Origin: Mycobacterium leprae TN | GTDB lineage: Bacteria > Actinomycetota > Actinomycetes > Mycobacteriales > Mycobacteriaceae | Assembly: GCF_000195855.1 (NCBI RefSeq) | Contig: NC_002677.1 | Location: 2,670,001-2,702,000 of the forward strand | Length of the DNA: 32,000 nt | Direction: 5' to 3' | In this document: one piece after another, positions 10,700-20,399 of the stretch | Layout: each line of letters begins with the position of its first letter | Numbering within the stretch: the stretch's first letter is position 1 | Notes under the pieces: model-generated | The model's database searches: none | What the model was told of the DNA's origin: nothing | Seen by the model: the letters and a program-made list of their open reading frames with translations, nothing else | Made by a program: the position numbers and the translations under genes

Positions 10700-11350
10700 G
10701 CACGAGAAAAATTCACTATAACAGTGGACCGTCAGCACTGACAGTACGATACTCTATGATGTGGCGACATCGGCGAAGTATCCATCTGCAAAGGCCGTGC
10801 CCCAGATCGCTGTGGGCTCTACCGCGACGAGGGAGGCTGCCCGTCGGGCAGTATACGTGCCGGCCAGTTCGCGGACGGCAATTACCATGGCCGCCGCCGC
10901 GTTGGACCTGACCAGCAAACACAGCAGCCCGGCCCAGACACTGCTTGTCCGTGCAGGACGATTCGGTCTAGCTACACGAACGTCAGCAGCGCACCCGGCG
11001 ACATTGCGTGGTCCAGACGTTGGGCCGGAAGTCGAGGATGCGACTGGAGAACGTGCGTAGCGTTGCTGGGATGTCGATGACGCCAGGCACTGCCCACAGA
11101 TACTCATCCCTGGTGGTCACTTGCTGGCCAAGCCTTGCTGCCAGCCGTCGATCACGAACAGCGAAAAGGGCTTACCCGCAGGCGGTGACCCAAGTGCCCG
11201 GCGTCAGCACTCGCCACGAAAATGGACGTCCCAATAGGCCGGATATCGGTGCGACGCCGGCGTGCATGGCAAACCGTTCTAGCCGGGTGTCTCGCCACGG
11301 ATGGATACCGCAGTTCAACCGCTGCTGCGACGGACAATGTCTTTCGGCGA
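10700..11350 (-). pseudogene. degraded coding remnant upstream of menE, unassigned
   Basis: GC-rich DNA with partial open frames. The minus strand yields the coding-like fragment LNCGIHPWRDTRLERFAMHAGVAPISGLLGRPFSWRVLTPGTWVTA. No intact frame. Confidence 0.35.
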
Positions 11351-11376
11351 CCTATCTTCACGATCGGTCAGCCTAA

Positions 11377-12483
11377 TTAACCGGACTTGGCGAACCGGCG
11401 CACTAACGCCGTGCGATCGACCTTTCCGATGCCACGTCGTGGCAGTGTATCAACGATGTGTAGCTCGCGCGGTGCGGCCATGGCGTCCAGTCTGCGGGTG
11501 ACATGTGCCCGCAACATGCTCAGCGTCGGCGTTGCGTAACCGTCAGTCAGTACCACTGCGGCTACTACCCGCTGACCTAGCCGGTCGTCAGTAAGCCCGA
11601 ACACCGCACAGTCGCTGACCGCGGGATGGGTGCACAGCGCAGCTTCGACGGGTCCTGGCAGCACGGTTAGCCCACCCGTGCTGATCGCGTCGTCGGCCCG
11701 ACCCAGCACTGTTAGCACACCCGAGCCATCGACAGTACCGAGGTCGTCTGTGTGGAACCAACCCGATTCGGCGAACGGGTCGGGAACGATCGGATTGCGA
11801 TAGCCCTTGGCCAAGGTCGCACCACCGATCGCTACGTGGCCATTGACCAGTACGCGTATGCACACACCATCCAGCGGGACGCCGTCGTAAACGCAACCTC
11901 CCGCAGTCTCGCTCATCCCATAGGTGCCGACCACCATGATGCCGGCAGATGTTGCGGCATCCAGGATCGGCCGGGGAGCTGGTCCGCCACCAACGAGGAC
12001 GGCATCCAATTCGGCTAGCACGGCCGTGGCCGTTGAGTCGGTGAGCGCCTTGGCCAGCTGGGTAGCGACCAGTGACGTGTATCGTCGACCGGTACCCAAT
12101 CGACCCACCGCGTCCGGCAGTTTGGCGAGGTCAAACCCGGCAGAAATGTCCAACTCGATGGGTACCGAACCGGCCAGCACGCTACGCACCAGCACCTGAA
12201 GCCCGCCGATATGATACGGCGGCAAAGCCAGCAGCCAGCTGCCCGGACCACCAAGGCGGTCGTGGGTGGCCGACGCGCTGGCAGTCAAGGCGGCGGCAGT
12301 CAGCAAGGCGCCCTTGGGCACACCTGTCGTTCCCGACGTGGTGGCCACTAAAGCCACATCGTCGTCGATCTCTTCACCTACTCGCAAAGCACGCAGCGCA
12401 GCGATGGGTTCATGCTGAGCCGGTACCACGACCATTGCGGGAGCGCGGCCATCCAGGATTCGTTCCAGCGTGGGCAGCAACAA
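11377..12483 (-). CDS. menE: o-succinylbenzoate-CoA ligase (acyl-CoA synthetase family)
   Basis: 368-aa ORF with the AMP-binding motif ATTSGTTGVPKGALL, plus GTYGMSETAGGCVYDG, GWFHTDDLG and the C-terminal catalytic-lysine region LPRRGIGKVDRTAL. It lies among other men genes. Confidence 0.93.
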   Translation of the reverse strand: MLLPTLERILDGRAPAMVVVPAQHEPIAALRALRVGEEIDDDVALVATTSGTTGVPKGALLTAAALTASASATHDRLGGPGSWLLALPPYHIGGLQVLVRSVLAGSVPIELDISAGFDLAKLPDAVGRLGTGRRYTSLVATQLAKALTDSTATAVLAELDAVLVGGGPAPRPILDAATSAGIMVVGTYGMSETAGGCVYDGVPLDGVCIRVLVNGHVAIGGATLAKGYRNPIVPDPFAESGWFHTDDLGTVDGSGVLTVLGRADDAISTGGLTVLPGPVEAALCTHPAVSDCAVFGLTDDRLGQRVVAAVVLTDGYATPTLSMLRAHVTRRLDAMAAPRELHIVDTLPRRGIGKVDRTALVRRFAKSG

Positions 12484-12527
12484 TGGAGCTGCGGAACCCG
12501 ACGTAACGCTAAGCGAGCGAAGGACGG

Positions 12528-12830
12528 CTATGTGGGTTCTCCGTTGTCCCGTGCGTTATCGAGCAGCCAGCCCTTGGCGTTCAACCGTGTCCGTACCCGT
12601 TCGATGTCCTGCGGGGACGGCAGCTCGTCGGTTAGGTGGCTGATCATTACACCGATGTCGATCTTGTCAAATTCGCCGCGCCGTATCAGCTCTCTGGCGA
12701 CGAGTTTCACTTCGTCGTTGGTCAATCGGCGGGCTAGCAGCGCGAGCACCGCGAAAGTATCGGTCGCTGGGATGCCTTCCGGATATCCCGCGCGCAGCCA
12801 CGAAACGATTGAAGTAAGGAATCGGTTCAC
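12528..12830 (-). CDS. conserved hypothetical protein (Rv0543c-like)
   Basis: 100-aa ORF from GTG: MNRFLTSIVSWLRAGYPEGIPATDTFAVLALLARRLTNDEVKLVARELIRRGEF... Position between menE and pitA matches M. tuberculosis order. Confidence 0.85.
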   Translation of the reverse strand: MNRFLTSIVSWLRAGYPEGIPATDTFAVLALLARRLTNDEVKLVARELIRRGEFDKIDIGVMISHLTDELPSPQDIERVRTRLNAKGWLLDNARDNGEPT

Positions 12831-12859
12831 TTTGCTGCAATTCTGCGCAGTCGGTACAA

Positions 12860-13150
12860 TTAGGGCTTAATTCCCAGGAACGGGTAATGGGTGTGATGAG
12901 CGATGAAGTCTCTGCTGACGATGTAAAGCACCCCGAGGATGACCACCATAAGAACCAGCGCGTAGATCACCCAAGCGAGTGTAACGAGGATTGGCTTGCG
13001 GTGTGGAGTGGCGTTGTTGGTGCTAGCGTCTCCAGCGTCGTTGACTTGCAGCCGGATCCCGAGCGCGAACAGCCCCGGCAATGCCGCACCGGCCAGCGTG
13101 CTGAAAAGAAGGATCTTGAGGGTGGCCTCGTAGTTGAACCAAGGGCTCAA
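12860..13150 (-). CDS. small conserved membrane protein (Rv0544c-like)
   Basis: 96-aa ORF with two hydrophobic segments (LKILLFSTLAGAALPGLFALGIRL, ILVTLAWVIYALVLMVVILGVLYIV). Apparent TTG start overlapping the pitA stop codon. Confidence 0.8.
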   Translation of the reverse strand: MSPWFNYEATLKILLFSTLAGAALPGLFALGIRLQVNDAGDASTNNATPHRKPILVTLAWVIYALVLMVVILGVLYIVSRDFIAHHTHYPFLGIKP

Positions 13151-14418
13151 GAGGCGTTCCTTACGCCAACCGTGTGGTGACTAGAGCGGTAGCGAGGCAG
13201 GGTAGCACTCAATTTAGGGCCCACATCAGAGTGTGGCTTATGTTCGTCCGAACCGTCGAGTCCAGCGGTCAAGCTGCCTTCCCAGTTTTCATTGACGTTC
13301 TTGTGGTCGACCTTGACCTTACGCGACCGGATGTAGATGGCGACAGAGGCCGCGACCAACAGCGAGAACCCTATGACCGCGCCGGGATAACCACCGATTA
13401 GATGCACGATCCAGTAGGTGACTGCTCCCACCGAACCAGCCAACGGAAGCGTGACCAGCCACGCGGTGGCCATCCGACCAGCCACGCCCCACCGAACCTC
13501 GCCGCCGGGTTTGCCCAACCCGCTGCCCAGCACCGAACCAGTGCAGACTTGGGTCGTGGACAACGCGTAACCAAAGTGTGCGGACAACAGAATGACCGCG
13601 GCCGAGGATGATTCGGCGGCCATTCCTTGCGGTGGCTTGATCTCCACCATCCCCTTGCCCAAAGTGCGGATGATTCGCCAGCCGCCCAGGTAGGTACCCG
13701 CGGCAATGGCTATAGCGCAACACACGATCACCCACAGCGGCGGCGTGGAAGCGGTCTTGCTGACTGTTCCATAGGACATCAGAGCCAGGAAGATCACGCC
13801 CATCGTCTTCTGTGCGTCGTTGGTCCCGTGTGCAAGTGAAACTAGCGACGCCGAGCCGATCTGGCCGCGCCGAAACCTGGTGTCGGTGCTCATAGCTGGA
13901 ACACTGCGAGTGATCGCGTAGACCAACCAGGTGGCCACCGCCCCAACAACGATGGCCAGCAACGCGGCAATAATGGCCGGAATAATCACCTTGGATATGA
14001 CACCGCTCCAGATCACCCCGTGACCGCCGACAGCAGCGATCCTGGCGCCGACGATACCGCCAATCAGTGCGTGCGAGGAACTCGACGGGATACCGAGAAG
14101 CCAGGTCAGCAAATTCCAGACGATACCGCCGACCAGGCCGGCGAACACCAGTTCCAGCGTTACCAGATCCGCCTCGATCAGATCCTTGGCAATCGTGGCT
14201 GCGACTGCGGTAGACAAGAACGCGCCGACCAGGTTCAAAATGGCAGAGAAGAACACCGCCACCTTTGGTGCGAGCGCACCACTGGCGATCGAGGTCGCCA
14301 TGGCGTTCCCGGTGTCGTGAAAACCGTTGGTGAAGTCGAAGGCCAGTGCCGTGATCACGACAATGATCAAGAGGAACAAATTGATGTTCACAGCGCCTGA
14401 TTCTCGTGGTCTGGGCAA
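13147..14418 (-). CDS. pitA: low-affinity inorganic phosphate transporter (PiT family)
   Basis: 423-aa multi-TM ORF with PiT signatures: FDFTNGFHDTGNAMATSIASGALAP, GIVWNLLTWLLGIPSSSSHALIGGIVGA, SLAHGTNDAQKTMGVI. The exact start is uncertain. Confidence 0.95.
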   Translation of the reverse strand: MPRPRESGAVNINLFLLIIVVITALAFDFTNGFHDTGNAMATSIASGALAPKVAVFFSAILNLVGAFLSTAVAATIAKDLIEADLVTLELVFAGLVGGIVWNLLTWLLGIPSSSSHALIGGIVGARIAAVGGHGVIWSGVISKVIIPAIIAALLAIVVGAVATWLVYAITRSVPAMSTDTRFRRGQIGSASLVSLAHGTNDAQKTMGVIFLALMSYGTVSKTASTPPLWVIVCCAIAIAAGTYLGGWRIIRTLGKGMVEIKPPQGMAAESSSAAVILLSAHFGYALSTTQVCTGSVLGSGLGKPGGEVRWGVAGRMATAWLVTLPLAGSVGAVTYWIVHLIGGYPGAVIGFSLLVAASVAIYIRSRKVKVDHKNVNENWEGSLTAGLDGSDEHKPHSDVGPKLSATLPRYRSSHHTVGVRNAS

Positions 14419-14488
14419 TCCATTGTCGAATTAACTGTTGCATGAATCGCAGGTAAGCTGCGACCCAGCGCCAAATGTTACCGTGCAA

Positions 14489-14923
14489 TTAATCCGGTGT
14501 TCTGGGGCGTTCACTCCTTGTGTCCCGGCGTAGCGGGTGATTGGCAGGAACCTCTACAAAGATCAAGGTAATCTCGTCCGGGTCGGTCACATGCATCTCG
14601 TGTAAGCCCCACGGTTCCCGACGCGGTTCGCGGGTGATGGAGACGCCGCGGCCTTCCAGGTCGGCTTGGGTTACGGCGATGTCGCGGACCTGCAGCCACA
14701 GCGCACCGGGAAAGGCCCCCCGGGAGTGGTCCGGTGCCCCCTGAATGACATAGCCGGCTAGTTCGAGAAGCGACTGTCCGGCGAAAAAGACTGTGCCTGT
14801 ACCATATTCGCGGGCAATCGCCAACCCGATCTGATCCCGGTAGAAGCTCAGCGACCGTTGATAGTCTGTCGGTCGGAGCAGCATCCGGCTGGCCAGGATC
14901 TCCATGGCCTTTGTGTCTACCAC
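14489..14923 (-). CDS. glyoxalase/bleomycin-resistance-fold (VOC) protein, Rv0546c-like
   Basis: 144-aa ORF: LRPTDYQRSLSFYRDQIGLAIAREYGTGTVFFAGQSLLELAGY...WLQVRDI...GRGVSITREPRREPWGLHEMHVTDPDEITLIFVEVP, a typical VOC pattern. Confidence 0.88.
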   Translation of the reverse strand: MVDTKAMEILASRMLLRPTDYQRSLSFYRDQIGLAIAREYGTGTVFFAGQSLLELAGYVIQGAPDHSRGAFPGALWLQVRDIAVTQADLEGRGVSITREPRREPWGLHEMHVTDPDEITLIFVEVPANHPLRRDTRSERPRTPD

Positions 14924-15315
14924 GTATTGACGATAGTGATTTTAGTCGCGCACTTGCTTCGCAGAGGATCCACCGCTGGGCCCAGTGAGGTCGTCGCACG
15001 CGATCTGCCAGCCAGGGCAAGCAGCAGCGATAGCAATGAGCCCTCGACCTTCTCGCCCACTTTGTGCTGCAGTCGTGGTCGGTGACGTAGAAGACGAGTC
15101 TAGCGATCCGGCTTTTCGAACCTATGATGAACGTGTTCGAGCCATTGTATCCATTGTATGAAGTCAATCACCTGGCGCACTGAGTTTGGTGTGTAGGTGT
15201 GTGGGATGCCCAACTGGCGAAGGACATTGGCGCCGTGTACTGACCACCTCGCCAGACCAAGAAGCTGTGGATCCCGGCGGTGCTGAGGTGGAATTCTGTA
15301 GGCCACGGAACTCGT

Positions 15316-15353
15316 TCTAAGATAGCAACCGGACTCTAAGATAGCAACCGGAC
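15316..15353. repeat. perfect 2-copy tandem repeat of a 19-bp unit (TCTAAGATAGCAACCGGAC)
   Basis: Direct reading: 15316-15334 and 15335-15353 are identical 19-mers head to tail. Confidence 0.93.
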
Positions 15354-15949
15354 TCAGTGCCGCTATGGTTGGCGATCTGACCAATGGTGAACTTATCGAA
15401 GCTGAAACCGGCTTTGGTCATGCCCAGCGGGCGGGTGGCTGGCTTCAGCGAGGCAATGGCCTATAGGTACGCAACGATATCGTGCACCGTCCAAGCTGCT
15501 GTACAGTGATGGCGTGTCCCATCGGTACTACGTGATATTGACGAGGGCGTCGCGCTCGGTCACGAGCATGATGGTGCAGAGGTCCGACATGGCCAACTCC
15601 TCAGGTGAGTGAGAGGCGCCGAGCTGGATGGGGAGCTGTTGTATTTGAGTGTCCGTTGCATGAGTGCATTGACCCAGCGGGGGCCGACAGTGTCTAACGC
15701 CCCCGGCCACAATCGCGACCCGCGGTGCGATACGTAACGGCCGGCTGCGGACTGGCCGTCACAATCCACTCGGCCACCTCATGCGGCGTTAACACGGGCA
15801 TCCCACGGTAGGCAGGCCTTCGTCGGTGCGATTAACTGCGATTAACGGAGTGGCCACGAGAGAGTAATCAAGTAACACAGCGGCGTCGAATGCACACCTT
15901 GACGGCCCGACTCGGTCTCAGCGATCCGGCTAACCGCTAACAGCGCGCT

Positions 15950-16470
15950 TCGATGCAATATACACCGAGTGTAGCGGCGCGTCCTCCGACAACACGCCCA
16001 ATGTGGTTACGTTGATGATGTGCCCATCACCGCGCTCAAACATCCCGGTTGCAAACCCGCGCATCAACCGCAGGGGGGCGTACTAGTTGAGCGCCATGGT
16101 CCGCTCGACATCGCTCCAGCATTTTAACGATTTAGCCAGTGGACGGCGAATGGACCGGCCGGCGTTATTAATCAGGATATCGACCCCGCCGAGGCGTCTT
16201 TGGACATCAGCGATCAGCGTGTTCACTGCGTCCACGTCCGAAATGTAACACGAGATCGGCAGTGCCATGCCCCCCACTGTCGTGATCCGGTCCACAACCC
16301 CATCGAGCAGATCCTGGCAGCGGGCAACCGTGACCACGGTGGCGCCATTTCGTGCGAACTGTTCGGCGGCGACCTCGTCGATGCCCGACGAGGTTCCAGT
16401 CAACAGGATCCGCTTACCGCTGAGTTCAGCGAGTTTGATCGCAAGCCGGTTTATACAGTAGTTGGGGCGA
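15950..16470 (-). pseudogene. short-chain dehydrogenase/reductase pseudogene (Rv0547c-like)
   Basis: The minus frame has KRILLTGTSSGIDEVAAEQFARNGATVVTVAR...DILINNAGRSIRRPLAKSLKCWSDVERTMALN. It then breaks into frameshifted GFATGMFERGDGHIINVTT... VYIA.K fragments. Confidence 0.85.
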
Positions 16471-16558
16471 AACCGGCGGTCGCATGCCGGCCAACGTGAT
16501 CTGATTGGTGAACCAACGCAGCGGATTTTTGCTCATAAGTGGGGAATTTAAGCGGCGC

Positions 16559-17461
16559 TCAAAAATAGCGCGGGAACGAACTCCAGTCCGGGGCACGCTT
16601 CTGCAGGAACGCATCGCGGCCCTCGACGGCCTCATCGGTCATGTATGCCAGCCGGGTAGCCTCACCCGCGAAAAGCTGCTGACCCACCAGACCATCGTCG
16701 AGCAGATTAAACGCGAATTTCAGCATCCGTTGTGCCTGAGGTGATTTGGCGTTGATCTCTGCCGCCCATTCCAGACCCATCGTCTCCAGGTTTGCGTGCT
16801 CGGCGACAGCGTTTACCGCGCCCATATGATGCATCTGCTCGGCAGTGTAGGCGCGGCCGAGTAGGAAGATTTCGCGTGCGAACTTCTGGCCTATCTGACG
16901 GGCCAAATAAGCACTGCCGTAGCCACCGTCGAAGCTACCTACGTCGGCATCGGTCTGCTTGAAACGGGCATGTTCGCGGCTGGCCAAAGTGAGATCGCAG
17001 ATCACGTGTAGACTGTGTCCACCGCCAGCAGCCCACCCGTTGACCAAGCAAATCACCACCTTAGGCATGAACCGGATCAATCGCTGTACTTCGAGAATGT
17101 GTAGCCTGCCTGCGCGTGCGACATCAACCGTGTCCGCGGTGTCACCGCTTGCGTACTGGTAGCCGGAGCGCCCGCGAATGCGCTGGTCGCCACCAGAGCA
17201 AAATGCCCAGACACCGTCGCGCGGGCTAGGCCCGTTGCCGGTTAGCAATACCACTCCCACGTCGGGCGACATCCGAGCATGGTCAAGGACGCGGTAGAGC
17301 TCGTCTACAGTGTGCGGCCGGAACGCGTTGCGTACTTCGGGACGGTTGAACGCCACCCGCACCGTGGCGCCGTTGACGTAGCGGTGATAGGTAATGTCGG
17401 TCAAATCGCCGAAACCGTCGATAAGTCGCCACAATTTGGCATCAAAAGGATTATTACTCAA
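16559..17461 (-). CDS. menB: 1,4-dihydroxy-2-naphthoyl-CoA synthase
   Basis: Crotonase-family ORF: TVRVAFNRPEVRNAFRPHTVDELYRVLDHARMSPDVGVVLLTGNG...FCSGGDQRIRGRSGYQYASG...VVICLVNGWAAGGGHSLHVICDLTLASREHARFKQTDADVGSFDGGYGSAYLARQIGQKFAREIF...FPRYF. The upstream open frame runs to 17623. A TTG at 17461 before SNNPFDAKLWRLIDGF gives a 300-aa protein. Confidence 0.94.
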   Translation of the reverse strand: MSNNPFDAKLWRLIDGFGDLTDITYHRYVNGATVRVAFNRPEVRNAFRPHTVDELYRVLDHARMSPDVGVVLLTGNGPSPRDGVWAFCSGGDQRIRGRSGYQYASGDTADTVDVARAGRLHILEVQRLIRFMPKVVICLVNGWAAGGGHSLHVICDLTLASREHARFKQTDADVGSFDGGYGSAYLARQIGQKFAREIFLLGRAYTAEQMHHMGAVNAVAEHANLETMGLEWAAEINAKSPQAQRMLKFAFNLLDDGLVGQQLFAGEATRLAYMTDEAVEGRDAFLQKRAPDWSSFPRYF

Positions 17462-18569
17462 GGTTCTTGGACTCCGTCCTGGTTGGTGGTTAGATCCCCG
17501 CAGCTGATTGTCTGTGCTGATGTCACCACGGCGTCGTGCGCAGAAGTGGTCGTTACAGTATCGGATCGGCTGATAGACGCCAGGGTGCCGGCCAGGTCGA
17601 TCGTGGTTCGGCGCACCGTCCACTGGCTAGTCTTTTCCAAGGCCTGCAGGCCTACCAGCTGGCGGTCCCCACCGAGATCGCGGTAGTTCACCCCGATACT
17701 GCGGTACCGCACATTCTGTAGAAAGAACAGGAATGGCGCGGCCAACGTGTCGACAACTGTTTGCAGCCGGTAGTCAACAAACGTATACAGTCGTGCGCCA
17801 CGCCCGTGGCTGTCTATGATCTGGTGACCGCCGTCATTCTGGGTGGAGATTACCCAGGTGCGCATCGGTATTGGTCTCGCTGAAGACATCTGCACGTCGA
17901 TATTCGCTCCGCGCGGGTGGTGACACCAACGATTCGGTTGGCATCGCCAGCACCACAAAAGGCTTAATTCATAGCGTGTCCGTGCGGTCGTCGCGGTCGA
18001 TATCGTCGATCTGGCAGATGGCCACGCCAGCTGGGGTAAGTGTGCCGCCCGGTCCGAGACCTTACGCAAAGAAAAACCGCGCCGAGTCGAAACGGACCAC
18101 CGGACAAATTCCAGTCAACATTTCGACCTTCTCTGTGAGTCCCCCATTGACCAGCTTGAACTGCTTCATGCAACCCACACCGGTAGGTACCTCGCTGGGC
18201 CAAACCCGCAACAGCGGTTTGGCGTCCTCGGCGTCTGCTCCACCATCCGGCAGCGTCCATGTATGCTGGTCTAAGCTAGGCATACCTTCGCTTGCAGCCC
18301 AGAGGTTTTACACTGAATTTGCGCCAGGTAAGCAGCCGACGACGTAACCGCTTGTCGTCCACTGTCATCGGCGTGACCGGTGTCGACCGGGGAAAACCGG
18401 ATTTGTGGCCCGGCATTGTCAACACGAACCGGGCTTTCACCGCCGAAGCGTAAACCAAGCCGCGATATTCCGATGAAAACTTTGTTGGTCGGCTTCAGCC
18501 ACTACAGCAGCTTGATCCTCTCACCTTTTGTCATGCCTGCCACAATAGTCACGTACGCCTGCAGAGCAT

Positions 18570-20040
18570 TAGTTGACAGCCCGGTCAACTCCTTTCCGGA
18601 ACTGCGCGCACAGCTTTTTTGTCGGGTTTGTCCGGCACCATCAACGGCACAGAGTCGCGACAACCACTGCCTGCTTGAGCGATTGCACCACGCCTTTGTG
18701 TTTCTTGATAGCGTCCTGGATCTAGGCGGTCATGGCAGCGATCGCGGCGTCATCGCGGGCCGCAGCAGCGCGCAACATAACCACCACGGTGACGGTCGCG
18801 CCCCACTTTTCGTCCGATGCACCAAACCACACATACCTGCGCGACAGCCGCATGCTAAGCGATGACATCTTTGCCCTTCCGCAGGAACACATTGAAGTCT
18901 CCGGTGACGATCATGTCCTTGACCTGCTACTTTTTTGCAAAAAACTCGTCCTCGCCTTCACAAGCTATATCGTCGGTGGTCAGCCAGCCGTTTTTAAACG
19001 TCTCGGCTGTAACGTTCGGAAAATTCCAGTAACCGCCGGCCAACAGCAGAACGTGGAAACAGATTTCGCCCGGCTCCCCCTGTGGAACAGTTTTACCGTC
19101 CTCGCTCAGCAGAGCGACGCGTATGAACAGCTTCTGGCATCCGCATGAAGTCACCAGAACCGAAGATCGGTATGAATCGCCGTATTGCTTTGTTCCGCCA
19201 CACCGGGTTTGATCGCCTAAGCGGCGTAATAGACGGTCTCGCGCTAAGGCAGGTCCCGGGTGTGAGAATCCGGGTATCCAATCAACAAGTATAGCATTGA
19301 CAACACTAGTATCTTCACCTAGCGCTGTTGTTTCTAGGTGCTTTTCAGCAGCTTCGTTCGGATCGGATTTGGCTAGCACGATCACTTCTCCTCCCTTGAT
19401 GAGGGGAGGTGTGAAGAACGCCATGCCGGTGTGGAACAGCGGTGTACACATCAAGAACCGCGGGTTCTCTGTCCATTCCTATTCGATGAGTTGGATTACC
19501 GCCATGGTAGCGATCGACTATGCGGTGCTTGGGTTTGCCGGTGTAGATCAGGCAGATGAGATGACCTGGTCCGGTGGTAGGTCCGCGGCCATCAGCGGCT
19601 GCGGCGCGAACTTGGCCATCTAGGAGTAGAGTTCGGGTCACCTCTTTGCGCTCTTCGGTTATCGGACCGATAGTCAGGATCTGCTTGAACGAGTTCACCG
19701 GCTGCTGCAGCCCTAACGCGCGCCCGACGAACATCGGGTTAGGGTCGATGATCAGTGAGCTTATGCCGGCGTCGGAAAGCACATAAGCGTGATCTTCCAG
19801 CGAACCGAGCAAGTGTAGCGCCGTTCGCCGATAGCCCCGACTCTGGCCGTACTAATGGTCATCAGCATTTCGGTACGGTTTAGTGACTGGAGTACGACTG
19901 CCGCTCCAGTGTCAGCCACTCAACGCATCGAGTGCTTGCGGGTACTGGCTGATCCGGTAGGCCAGCTAGCCATCGATGAGCGTAGTGCCGCCGAGTAACA
20001 GTATGGGCTTGATTCTTGTGGCGCTTCAGCACGCCTATCA
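18570..20040 (-). pseudogene. fadD8: acyl-CoA synthetase / fatty-acid-CoA ligase pseudogene (fadD8-like)
   Basis: Broken minus-strand frames carry, in order: LLLGGTTLIDG..LAYRISQYPQALDAL; LGSLEDHAYVLSDAGISSLIIDPNPMFVGRALGL; the AMP-binding region IYTGKPK; MMCTPLFHTGMAFFTPPLIKGGEVIVL; PGEICFHVLLLAGGYWNFPNVTAETFKNGWLTTDDIA; and KELTGLS at the C terminus. Confidence 0.88.
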
Positions 20041-20399
20041 AGTAAATGGCGATTATGGGTTGGGTTGCGTCACAGTTTCGTCACCCATGTAGTAGAATTA
20101 GCAACGTATTTCAATTTCGTGTCCAGCACCTCACCACACTCGTGATCGCCACTAGTGATTTCCGCCTACGATCGATACAAACCTCGAGGCTGGGTTAGTC
20201 ACTACTGGAAGCATTTTGACAGTAGACGACGTACAGTTTACCGCTGAGGCACTTGCTGTTGCTGACAGCCAGATCACCGCCATCGGTAACCGGTCCCTAG
20301 ATAGGGAGTTCATCGGTACTAGCACCGGTAACAATTAATGTTAATTATGGTCGTGCTATGCTGAGATTTGTTGAAGACAATGGCGATCCGATGATGGAT

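Noticed and set aside
13319-14488. 389-aa minus-strand ORF fully overlapping pitA
   Set aside because: Shadow ORF in an alternative frame of a confidently identified PiT transporter. Composition is Arg/His/Gly-rich with no domain.
14511-15167. 218-aa minus-strand ORF over the VOC-family gene
   Set aside because: Alternative frame of the Rv0546c-like gene, with no recognisable domain.
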